Positions 27,680 to 35,885 of a DNA stretch of 64,000 bases are shown here, in pieces (position 1 is the stretch's first letter; each line of letters starts with the position of its first letter). The stretch is from Pseudomonadota bacterium (GTDB lineage Bacteria; Desulfobacterota; DSM-4660; Desulfatiglandales; Desulfatiglandaceae). A program made the position numbers and the translations under genes. Under the pieces are notes generated by a model. It did no database searches and was not told the origin of the DNA. It saw only the letters and a list, made by a program, of their open reading frames with translations. The DNA is taken from the NCBI GenBank assembly GCA_043808585.1, contig JAZDES010000221.1, forward strand, positions 11,380 through 75,379. The letters run 5' to 3'.

Positions 27680-29452
27680 GTGATTGAAGGACGAAAACCT
27701 CTAAGGTTTGCATGGGATATGTCAATACGTGTGAGACTGAAACCGAAATTCTGGGACTACCACGATGCAGCGGCAGGCCCGTACAAACCTCTGTTCAATT
27801 TCCGCCGAATCTGGAAGATGGCAGTCCTCCTTACGTCCGGCGTGGTTCTCTTGCCGCTGATTTTCATAACTGTTGTTGACTACCTCGTGACACAACATGC
27901 CATAGAGTCCGAAATCCTCTTGCGCACTGCTCGGCTCGTCTCCAATACCCGCCGGACCTTCTCTTACTTCCTGGATGAACGCATGGCCGCACTAGATTTC
28001 ATTGACAGGGACAACACGTTCGAAGCGCTGAACGATCCGACCCGGCTTGCCACTATCCTGGAAAACCTGAAGAAGGGGTTTGGTGGATTTGTGGACCTCG
28101 GAGTGATAGATTCCCTGGGCAGACAGAGGACCTATGTGGGGCCATACAGGCTTGAAGGAAAGAACTACAGCGAGCAGGAGTGGTTTAAACACGTCTTAGA
28201 CCGAGGCGTGTACATCAGCGATGTGTTCTTAGGGTTCCGGAACGTTCCGCATCTTATCATTGCAGTCAAGCACAACCGGCCAGACGGCTCCTTCTATTTG
28301 CTTCGGGCCACCCTGGATACCGAGCGCTTTAAGGATATTCTCTCAAGACTTGAGGTGAGCGGGCTGGGTGATTTCTTTATCATCAACCGGCAGGGTGCGC
28401 TCCAGACTCCGTCCCTTTACCATGGCAAGGTTTTCGAAAAGCTCTCATTGCCCGTACCAGAATACGCACCGGAAACTCGCGTGTTCGAATGGAAAAACGC
28501 CGAAGGGCCCCCCCTCATTATCGGATACAGGTATATTGAAGATACCCCTTTTATCCTTATGGTGGTCAAACAGAAAGAGGCGCTCATGAGGCCCTGGTAC
28601 GAGACCCGCATGAAACTTATCGGGTTTCTTGCTGCCAGCATCGTCGCCATTCTGATAGTGATCTTGGGCGGGACAACCTATCTTGTGGATCAGCTCTATG
28701 AGGCGGACCAGAGGCGGATCACAACCCTGCACCAGGTGGAATACTCCAACAAGTTGGCCTCCCTCGGCCGATTGGCAGCGGGCGTGGCCCACGAGATCAA
28801 CAACCCACTGGCCATTATCAATGAGAAGGCGGGACTTATTAAGGATCTTTTCACGCTCAAGGATGACTATGCTAAGGACCAGAAGCTGGTAGGTCTGGTT
28901 GGTTCAGTGTTGACGTCTGTGGAGCGGTGTGCGACCATCACCAGGAGACTTTTGGCCTTTGCGCGGCACATGGAGACAAGCATCAAGCAACCGATCAACT
29001 TGAGGGACCTCATCCATGATGTACTCGGCTTTTTGGCCAAGGAGGCAGAGTATAGATCCATTTCGGTCACCGTAGATGTGCCCGACAACATCCCTCAATT
29101 CGAAAGCGATCGAGGCCGGCTGCAACAAATTCTTCTCAATATATTCAATAACGCCTTCGCGGCCATGAGCGACGGTGGGCGTCTTGAGATTACTGCCAGA
29201 GCCGAGGATAAGAACTTTGTTTCGGTCTCGATCGCAGACAACGGATGCGGAATCCCTGAGGAAGACCTCAAACGCGTCTTTGAACCGTTTTTTACCACCA
29301 GAGCAAACAAGGGCGGGACAGGTCTCGGCCTATCCATTACATACGGTCTCGCCGAGGAACTGGGGGGGAGCATTAGCGTAAAAAGCGAGGTGGGGAAGGG
29401 AACGACTTTCATCGTTTTTTTGCCGCTTATCAGGGAGAAAAAGGAAGGCTGA
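27680..29452 (+). CDS. sensor histidine kinase with extracytoplasmic Cache-like domain
   Basis: Two TM segments flank a sensor of about 270 aa. The H-box is AAGVAHEINNPL, the N-box LLNIFNNAFAAM and the G-boxes ADNGCGI and GTGLGLSI. The exact start (GTG at 27680 or a downstream ATG) is uncertain. Confidence 0.85.
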   Translation: MIEGRKPLRFAWDMSIRVRLKPKFWDYHDAAAGPYKPLFNFRRIWKMAVLLTSGVVLLPLIFITVVDYLVTQHAIESEILLRTARLVSNTRRTFSYFLDERMAALDFIDRDNTFEALNDPTRLATILENLKKGFGGFVDLGVIDSLGRQRTYVGPYRLEGKNYSEQEWFKHVLDRGVYISDVFLGFRNVPHLIIAVKHNRPDGSFYLLRATLDTERFKDILSRLEVSGLGDFFIINRQGALQTPSLYHGKVFEKLSLPVPEYAPETRVFEWKNAEGPPLIIGYRYIEDTPFILMVVKQKEALMRPWYETRMKLIGFLAASIVAILIVILGGTTYLVDQLYEADQRRITTLHQVEYSNKLASLGRLAAGVAHEINNPLAIINEKAGLIKDLFTLKDDYAKDQKLVGLVGSVLTSVERCATITRRLLAFARHMETSIKQPINLRDLIHDVLGFLAKEAEYRSISVTVDVPDNIPQFESDRGRLQQILLNIFNNAFAAMSDGGRLEITARAEDKNFVSVSIADNGCGIPEEDLKRVFEPFFTTRANKGGTGLGLSITYGLAEELGGSISVKSEVGKGTTFIVFLPLIREKKEG

Positions 29453-29457
29453 GATAT

Positions 29458-29817
29458 ATGCGGGTATTGTTGGTGGACGACGAAAAAGAACTGGTCTCCA
29501 CGCTGGCAGAGAGGCTGGAGCTTCGAGGAATCGAAGCGGGCTGGGTTATCAGTGGGGAAGAGGCACTGAAACAGGTGGAAACCGAGACTTACGATGTAGC
29601 TGTCCTAGACGTAAAGCTCCCCAGGATCGACGGGATTAGGCTAAAGAAAAAACTGGAGGAAAAAAGTCCTAACATGAAATTCATCTTCATGACCGGGCAC
29701 GGCTCGGAAGATGATTACAGGGTCGGTTCTATGGAGGCTGGAGCGGAGTATTACCTGGTGAAGCCGGTCAATATCGAGCTCCTGGTCAAGAAAATGAGGG
29801 AGATCCTCAAAGAGTGA
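29458..29817 (+). CDS. single-domain response regulator (REC)
   Basis: LLVDDEKELVSTLAERL, VAVLDVKLP, FMTGHG and LVKP are present. Confidence 0.88.
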   Translation: MRVLLVDDEKELVSTLAERLELRGIEAGWVISGEEALKQVETETYDVAVLDVKLPRIDGIRLKKKLEEKSPNMKFIFMTGHGSEDDYRVGSMEAGAEYYLVKPVNIELLVKKMREILKE

Positions 29818-30494
29818 GGAGGGGTGTTGCTATGGGCTTTGAATTGGGTATCCTTGGTGATGCAGGGCTTCAGTTCTTTGGGAAGATGACCGCTTCCATC
29901 TCCCATGAGATCAAAAACGTGCTGGCCATTATCAACGAAGATGCGGGACTTCTGGAGGATCTGGCGTCCTTGGCCGAGAAGGGGAGACCTCTTGAGATAG
30001 AGCGGGTCAAGGTCCTGGCCGGAAAAATGAAGGCCCAAATCAAGAGAGGGGATGAGATCGTAAAGTGGATGAATCGATTTGCCCACAGTATTAATGAACC
30101 CCTTCAGGTGGTGGATTTAGACGAGATCCTGACACTCATGGCATCTCTTGCAGAGCGGCCTTCTTTGATGCGGGAGATCGCGCTGGAGAAGGAGCCTCGC
30201 CGGGGCAGGGTAACGGTCAGGACCAAACCGTTTATCCTGGAAAATCTGATCTGGCTTTGCCTGGATTTCGCCATGGCTGGGGCCGGCGGATCGAAGACCG
30301 TCGTCCTGGGCTGTGAAGCAGGGGAAAATGGGGTGCGGATCAGGATCAAGGGGCTGAAAGGTCTCTCAGAGCTGAGAGGAGAGACCTTTCCAAGAGAGGA
30401 ACATAAGGCCCTTCTCAGAGCCGTTAAGGGAGATCTGGCAGTCGATACGGAGGCAGGAGAGCTTGTTCTAGTATTGCCACCGGATGCCGGGTAG
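29814..30494 (+). CDS. HisKA-containing protein with degenerate ATPase domain (phosphotransfer/phosphatase-like)
   Basis: The H-box TASISHEIKNVLA is present. I cannot find the G1 (DxGxG) or G2 (GxGxGL) boxes in the C-terminal half. Confidence 0.6.
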   Translation: MRRGVAMGFELGILGDAGLQFFGKMTASISHEIKNVLAIINEDAGLLEDLASLAEKGRPLEIERVKVLAGKMKAQIKRGDEIVKWMNRFAHSINEPLQVVDLDEILTLMASLAERPSLMREIALEKEPRRGRVTVRTKPFILENLIWLCLDFAMAGAGGSKTVVLGCEAGENGVRIRIKGLKGLSELRGETFPREEHKALLRAVKGDLAVDTEAGELVLVLPPDAG

Positions 30495-30552
30495 CCAGCG
30501 GTCTGAATGTACTAGAGGAGAAACCATTCATCTTATCGAAGGAGGACTCATC

Positions 30553-30996
30553 ATGAAGACACGGGTCTTAATCGTCGATGACGAGAAGGAATTCACAGAG
30601 GCATTATCTGAGCGTTTGAGGATAAGGGATTACGATGTGACCACATCCCTCAGCGGTGAGGATGCGACTGAGAAGGTCAAGGGCTACAATTTCGACGTTG
30701 TCATTCTGGATGTGGCCATGCCCGGGATGGATGGTATCGCTACGCTGCATGAGATCAAGAAACTCAAACCCCTGACCGAAGTGATCATGTTGACCGGGCA
30801 TGCCACGGTAGACTCAGCCATACAAGGGATGAAGCTCGGTGCCTATGATTACCTCAAGAAACCGTGTGAGACCGAAGAACTGCTTGCCAAGATCAATAAG
30901 GCTTTCGAGAAAAAGGCTGAACATGAGGAGCGTATTCGGGAGGCCAGGGTAAAAGAGATCATCTCTTCACCCAGGGCGGCTTTACGGGAGGATTAG
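30553..30996 (+). CDS. response regulator (REC) with short charged C-terminal extension
   Basis: The start is set at the ATG at 30553 (MKTRVLIVDDEKEF), preceded by an RBS (ggagga). VVILDVAMPGMDG, MLTGHA and LKKP are present. Confidence 0.85.
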   Translation: MKTRVLIVDDEKEFTEALSERLRIRDYDVTTSLSGEDATEKVKGYNFDVVILDVAMPGMDGIATLHEIKKLKPLTEVIMLTGHATVDSAIQGMKLGAYDYLKKPCETEELLAKINKAFEKKAEHEERIREARVKEIISSPRAALRED

Positions 30997-31122
30997 TCTC
31001 GTCCAGGGCCGTGCCCGCACTTAGGCTAAGAGACGGTGGAAGACTGAATTAGATTGACTTTCTTGAGGGATTTTGAACGGACTGGATTGGCTTTAAATGG
31101 TCTCGATAACCCTTTGTCTGGA

Positions 31123-32382
31123 TTAGGGATAGATCCCCCGGAGGGCGTGGGCCTTTGCCACCCTCCCCACACCCAGGACATAGGCCGCTGAGCGCATGGA
31201 GATCTTCTTCTCACTGGCAATGGCAACCACTTCATCAAAACTCCGATGAAGAATATTTTCGAGACGTTCAGATATCTCTGCTTCACTCCACAACAGCTCC
31301 TGTAAATTCTGAAGCCATTCAAAATAGGATACAACGACTCCTCCGGCATTGGCCAAAATGTCGGGAAGTACCGTAATTCCTTTATCGTACAAGACCTGGT
31401 CTGCCTCCAGAGTGGTCGGCCCATTGGCCCCCTCCACAATGAGCTTCGCCCTGATACGGTCTGCGTTCTCTGCTGTAATCACGTTTTCCAAGGCCGCTGG
31501 GACCAAGATATCGCAGTCCAGTTCCAGTATCTCTTCGTTTGTTACTGATTCGCACCCTTTAATCCGTTCTGGCAGAAAAGCGTCGTGTTGCTTCTTACAA
31601 TCCAAGGCCCCCTCCAAGTTAAGGCCTTCCTTCCTGTAAACACCCCCCCTTGAGTCGCTGATGGCGATGACTTTGGCCCCAGCCTTATCAAAATACCGGG
31701 CGGCAATGCCTCCAACATTTCCCGCACCCTGAATAACAACGCGTGCCCCCTCCATGGAGAGCCCCAGATACTGGCAGGCCTTATGAGTGTTAATCACCAC
31801 GCCTTTCCCGGTCGCCTCAAAGCGGCCCAAAGAGCCACCCAGCTCGATTGGTTTCCCGGTCACCACACCCGTGACGGTATATCCTTTCATAATCGAATAG
31901 GTGTCCATGATCCAGGCCATGACCTGGGGATTGGTGTAGACGTCTGGGGCAGGGATATCCACGTCCGGCCCTATAAATAAAGATATCTCCCAGGCAAAGC
32001 GCCTTGTCATGCCCTCGATCTCACGCTCGCTCATTTCCTTGGGGTTGCACTGAACCCCGCCCTTGGCCCCCCCGAAAGGAATGTTGACCACAGCGGTCTT
32101 CCAGGTCATCCACATGGCCAGGGCCCTGATTTCATCTAGATTTACATCCGGGTGATATCTCATCCCCCCCTTGAATGGGCCTCTGGTATCATTGTGCTGT
32201 ACGCGGTATCCAGTAAAGATCTTTAATGATCCGTCGTCCATTTTTACTGGAAAATGTACGATTAACTCTCGGCGGGTACTCTTTATCGTCTCGAGTATAC
32301 CCTCATCCAGCTCCAGATATTTACTAGCAATATCCACCTGTTTCCTTGCCATCTGAAAAGGGTTGATTTTCGGTGCGACCAT
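31123..32382 (-). CDS. gdhA: glutamate dehydrogenase (Glu/Leu/Phe/Val dehydrogenase family)
   Basis: FKGGMRYHPDVNLDEIRALAMWMTWKTAVVNIPFGGAKGGV and the Rossmann GAGNVG motif are present. Confidence 0.9.
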   Translation of the reverse strand: MVAPKINPFQMARKQVDIASKYLELDEGILETIKSTRRELIVHFPVKMDDGSLKIFTGYRVQHNDTRGPFKGGMRYHPDVNLDEIRALAMWMTWKTAVVNIPFGGAKGGVQCNPKEMSEREIEGMTRRFAWEISLFIGPDVDIPAPDVYTNPQVMAWIMDTYSIMKGYTVTGVVTGKPIELGGSLGRFEATGKGVVINTHKACQYLGLSMEGARVVIQGAGNVGGIAARYFDKAGAKVIAISDSRGGVYRKEGLNLEGALDCKKQHDAFLPERIKGCESVTNEEILELDCDILVPAALENVITAENADRIRAKLIVEGANGPTTLEADQVLYDKGITVLPDILANAGGVVVSYFEWLQNLQELLWSEAEISERLENILHRSFDEVVAIASEKKISMRSAAYVLGVGRVAKAHALRGIYP

Positions 32383-32799
32383 GGCTACCCTCCATTTAAA
32401 ATAGAGACGCCCAGTGCCTTTTAGCGCAAAGATCTCTGGGTGTCTACCCGCTTAATATGGCCAAAACCTCGATAAAATGAACCCTTATGCCAGAATAGCA
32501 CCAGGGGCTTAGGGTCCTTAGGATAGCTGAAGAAGCTTCGCATTACAATAGGACTTCTGTTTTCAAGGGGGCTTCGGGCGTCATAATTACGAAGCCGCTG
32601 ATCGTATTATCAGTTTGCGCATGTCTAACTGACCTGGAAATTCCCGGTGTCCTACCCGCATATGCGTTGGGATTTCAATTGGATTGAAAAGGCCATTCTT
32701 TTCCTGTAGAATGACCCTGAAAATAGACGAGTTAGTAGTGTCTGTGAATTGTGCTGGAAGAGGGGGAATCCCGGGAAATCTGATAGGCTCCGGATTGAT

Positions 32800-33510
32800 A
32801 TGGAAAGAATTACCCAAGAGACTTATGACAAATATATAAAGGCACTTACGGACATCAGTCGGGCTATTACTTCCGAGCAGTACTTGGAGGATATACTCAA
32901 GCTGATCGTAATGGTCACGGCCAAGGTGACGGGTGTGGAGATCTGCTCGCTATGGTTGATCGATGACTCAACAGATCCCAGAGTGATCCGTTTGAAGGCG
33001 ACCCAGGCCATAGATCCAGACTATGTAAAGGACCGTTCCCTGCGGATGGAGGAGGGGGTTGTAGGCTATGTGGCTACCCATAATGAGCCTCTCATAGTCA
33101 GAGATGTCTTGAAGGAGCCCCGGTTCAAAGAAAAGGAAATGGCAAAAAAATTGGGGCTGGTATCCATGCTGGGTATCCCTTTACAGGTAAAGGATAAGGG
33201 GGTCATTGGGGTACTCAATTGCTTTACTTCAGAACCCCATGAGTTCTCTGTTACCGAGATAAACCTTGTTACTGCTGTTGCCAATCAGGCTGCTGTCGCA
33301 ATCCTAAATACAGAGCTTATGGTCAAGACCCAGGTCATCCAGGAGGAACTGGAGACCCGGAAGCTTGTTGAGCGGGCCAAGGAAGTTCTTATGCGCCGCC
33401 GCAACATGACCGGTGAACAGGCCTACCGCTGGTTGCAAAAGCGCAGCATGGATTCCCGGAAATCCATGCGTCATGTGGCCGAAGCCGTTCTTATCTCTGA
33501 CGAGATCTGA
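32800..33510 (+). CDS. GAF + ANTAR RNA-binding antitermination regulator
   Basis: A GAF-like N-terminus (LEDILKLIVMVTAKVTGVEICSLWL...) precedes a C-terminal ANTAR helix bundle (ELETRKLVERAKEVLMRRRNMTGEQAYRWLQKRSMDSRKSMRHVAEAVL). The start is moved to the ATG at 32800. Confidence 0.85.
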   Translation: MERITQETYDKYIKALTDISRAITSEQYLEDILKLIVMVTAKVTGVEICSLWLIDDSTDPRVIRLKATQAIDPDYVKDRSLRMEEGVVGYVATHNEPLIVRDVLKEPRFKEKEMAKKLGLVSMLGIPLQVKDKGVIGVLNCFTSEPHEFSVTEINLVTAVANQAAVAILNTELMVKTQVIQEELETRKLVERAKEVLMRRRNMTGEQAYRWLQKRSMDSRKSMRHVAEAVLISDEI

Positions 33511-33604
33511 TCGTTATTACAGGACCCGGCAGTGCCGGAGCCGAATGGCGTTTCTAAGGCGTAAGTTCCTTGAATAAAAAAATCGGCGCTTCAATAAATA
33601 TTTC

Positions 33605-33632
33605 TTGACAAAAGAGAAAAAAGTGATATGTA
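33605..33632 (+). promoter_or_regulatory. candidate sigma-70 promoter (extended -10)
   Basis: TTGACA at 33605-33610, a 16-nt spacer, then tgaTATGTA (-10 at 33627-33632). Confidence 0.35.
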
Positions 33633-33656
33633 AAGAATTTCATATTACTTGAGAGA

Positions 33657-33712
33657 GGCTCTCCACAATGATGTGTGGAGCCTCGGAACCATAAGGGACA
33701 AAGGCGTCTTTT
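33657..33712 (+). promoter_or_regulatory. candidate ANTAR dual-hairpin target in leader RNA
   Basis: P1 is ggctctccaca-AUGAUG-tgtggagcc (33657-33682). P2 is agggac-AAAGGC-gtcttt (33694-33711). The P2 hexaloop has A at position 1 and G at position 4, and its 3' arm overlaps the 5' arm of the terminator. The P1 loop matches only the A1 rule. Confidence 0.4.
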
Positions 33713-33740
33713 CCCGTAATCGGGAAGGCGCCTTTTTTTA
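33700..33740 (+). terminator. intrinsic terminator in the leader of the glutamate-synthase-like gene
   Basis: The stem aaaggcgtcttttcccg-taat-cgggaaggcgcc is followed by ttttttt. It lies 50 nt upstream of the ATG at 33789 and directly downstream of the ANTAR gene. Confidence 0.65.
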
Positions 33741-33788
33741 TTCGAATATTATGCTCGAAAACTACATTACGAAAAGGAGGAAAAAGTC

Positions 33789-35354
33789 ATGTCATTTAGC
33801 AAGCCGAACCGTAGTGCTGCAACCGTAACCACAACCCGTGTGGAACCGGCGCCTATCTCGGGGATCTGCGTCACCTGTCTGGATGGGTGTGAAGGCCCTT
33901 GTGAGATAGGACGCTCCGCCCTCAAGGGACGGGAGATGCTTTACCCCCAGCCTTACGGAAAAATTACCGCAGGGGCTGACAAGGATTATCCGGTAGATCT
34001 TTCCCACTTTAACATTCTGGGGACCTGTGTAGGGGCCGTAGGCGTGGATGCCGATCCGGATCTGGCAACATTTCCCGCGGTTGACTGCACAACCACCGCG
34101 GGTGCGGACGGAGGCATCAAACTCGATTTTCCCGTTGTGACCGGTGCCCTGGGATCGACGGACGTTGCTAGGATTAACTGGGAAGACATGGCGGCTGGAG
34201 CGGCCATATCTGGCATCATCCTTGTAGCCGGAGAGAACATCTGCGGAATGGACCCCAAGGCGGAGTTCCAGAACGGCAAGATAGCCAAATCACCCGAAAT
34301 GGAACGTCGTGTGAATATCTATAAGAGGTGGTATGACGGCAAGGGTGGGCTCGTTGTCCAGGCCAATGTGGAAGACATCAAACTCGGCGTCCCTGAATAC
34401 GTCATTGAGAAGCTGGGTGTGGAGATCTTCGAATTAAAGTGGGGGCAGGGTGCGAAGGATATCGGCGGTGAGGTCAAGCTGCCTACACTGGAGCGGGCCC
34501 TACAATTGAAAGAACGGGGGTATATCGTACTCCCCGATCCGACAAGCCCTGCCGCGCAAGAGGCCTTCAAGTCTGGTGGGATCACCGAGTTTGAAAGACA
34601 CTCAAGGCTAGGGATGGTGGACGAAGAGGCATTTCACAAGATGGTAGAGTATCTTCGGAGCGTAGGCGCCAAGTACGTCACCCTCAAAACCGGCGCCTAT
34701 CGGCCGGCAGACCTCGCTCGCGCCATTAAGTATTCTTCCGATGCAAAAATCGACCTTTTGACCATTGACGGCGCCGGTGGCGGAACAGGCATGAGCCCAT
34801 GGCGGATGATGAATGAATGGGGAATTCCTACCGTCGAGTTGGAGTGTCTGACACATCAGATGTGTGAACGCCTGAGAGCCAAGGGCGCCTATATCCCCCC
34901 GATCGCCGTTGGCGGGGGATTATCACTCGAAGACCACATGTTTAAGGTCCTCGCATTGGGTGCGCCTTATGTCAAGGCGGTTCTATTCGGACGGGCCGTT
35001 ATGACCGCAGCCATGGTGGGCAAGACCCATGGAAAAATGATGGCGGAAAAGTTGGAACTGGAAGGAGAGGATGCCGATGTCGGATATTTGAAACTATTTT
35101 CCGTTGGCACGCAGCTCAAGGAGCGGTTTGGTAAAGACTTTGCGGAGCTCCCGGCCGGCGCCATCGGCATGTATTCCTATCTCGATCGCTTGAAGCAGGG
35201 GCTACAGCAACTGATGGCCGGTGAGAGGAAATTCGCACTGAAATATATAGAGAGAAATGACCTTGTGGCCCTGACCAGGGAGGCGGCCGAAATATCGGGA
35301 ATTCCGTATGTAATGGATGCCGACAAGGAAGAGATTGATAAAATATTGGGATAG
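33789..35354 (+). CDS. FMN-binding glutamate-synthase-family protein (GltB domain-2-like) with N-terminal Cys cluster
   Basis: CVTCLDGCEGPCEIG lies at the N-terminus. Blocks typical of the Glu_synthase FMN barrel are present (LKWGQGAKDIGGEVK, TIDGAGGGTGMSPW, VGGGL). Confidence 0.75.
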   Translation: MSFSKPNRSAATVTTTRVEPAPISGICVTCLDGCEGPCEIGRSALKGREMLYPQPYGKITAGADKDYPVDLSHFNILGTCVGAVGVDADPDLATFPAVDCTTTAGADGGIKLDFPVVTGALGSTDVARINWEDMAAGAAISGIILVAGENICGMDPKAEFQNGKIAKSPEMERRVNIYKRWYDGKGGLVVQANVEDIKLGVPEYVIEKLGVEIFELKWGQGAKDIGGEVKLPTLERALQLKERGYIVLPDPTSPAAQEAFKSGGITEFERHSRLGMVDEEAFHKMVEYLRSVGAKYVTLKTGAYRPADLARAIKYSSDAKIDLLTIDGAGGGTGMSPWRMMNEWGIPTVELECLTHQMCERLRAKGAYIPPIAVGGGLSLEDHMFKVLALGAPYVKAVLFGRAVMTAAMVGKTHGKMMAEKLELEGEDADVGYLKLFSVGTQLKERFGKDFAELPAGAIGMYSYLDRLKQGLQQLMAGERKFALKYIERNDLVALTREAAEISGIPYVMDADKEEIDKILG

Positions 35355-35436
35355 TGTGGAACCAGAGGATTGCGATCAATAAATTAATATAGAATGTTGC
35401 CGAGCAAGGCGTAGCGGAAATGAAAGGAGAAAAAAG

Positions 35437-35643
35437 ATGCTCAACGTGATTTGCCCCCACAACTGCAAGGACTGTTACGCGATGAGGGTATGTGCGGTTC
35501 GCGCTATAAAAGACCAGCAGGGCTCCATCTATGTGGAGACCGATGATTGTATCGGCTGCGGCTGCTGTAAAACCTCGTGCATTACCTTTGGGTACAAGGC
35601 CCTGGAGCAGAAGACTCCTCAATGGCTAATGGGAGCTGCATAG
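35437..35643 (+). CDS. small 2x[4Fe-4S] ferredoxin
   Basis: CPHNCKDCYAMRVC and CIGCGCCKTSC motifs in 68 aa. Confidence 0.7.
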   Translation: MLNVICPHNCKDCYAMRVCAVRAIKDQQGSIYVETDDCIGCGCCKTSCITFGYKALEQKTPQWLMGAA

Positions 35644-35692
35644 GCAATTGAATATTGATTAATTCGTAAAAACACATTAACAGCCACTTTTT

Positions 35693-35765
35693 GTCATTCC
35701 CGCGAAAGCGGGAATCCAGTGGTTTTGTGTTGTTATGGACTGCCGCCTGCGCGGGAGTGAGGAGA
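35693..35765. repeat. REP-like palindrome pair
   Basis: gtcattcccgcgaaagcgggaatccag (35693-35719) is followed by the degenerate second unit ctgccgcctgcgcgggagtga. Confidence 0.8.
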
Positions 35766-35793
35766 AAGGGGGGTTTTTACGGAAGCATCAATA

Positions 35794-35821
35794 TTGATTA
35801 TTGAAGATTGATGGTTGTTGG
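35794..35821. repeat. four tandem heptamers TTGnnnn
   Basis: The run reads ttgatta ttgaaga ttgatgg ttgttgg and lies next to the REP-like unit. The ORF-track start at 35808 reads through it. Confidence 0.65.
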
Positions 35822-35885
35822 ATTAGCGATTTTCTTAGATCGTCAATCTCCAATCGAAAATCGTCAAGAAACCTGGAGTCAAAAC

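Noticed and set aside
32383-32748. A second ANTAR target or riboswitch in the gdh leader
   Set aside because: Hairpins exist (e.g. agacgcccag...ctgggtgtct near 32407-32447). I found no tandem hexaloop pair with the A1/G4 pattern and no terminator.
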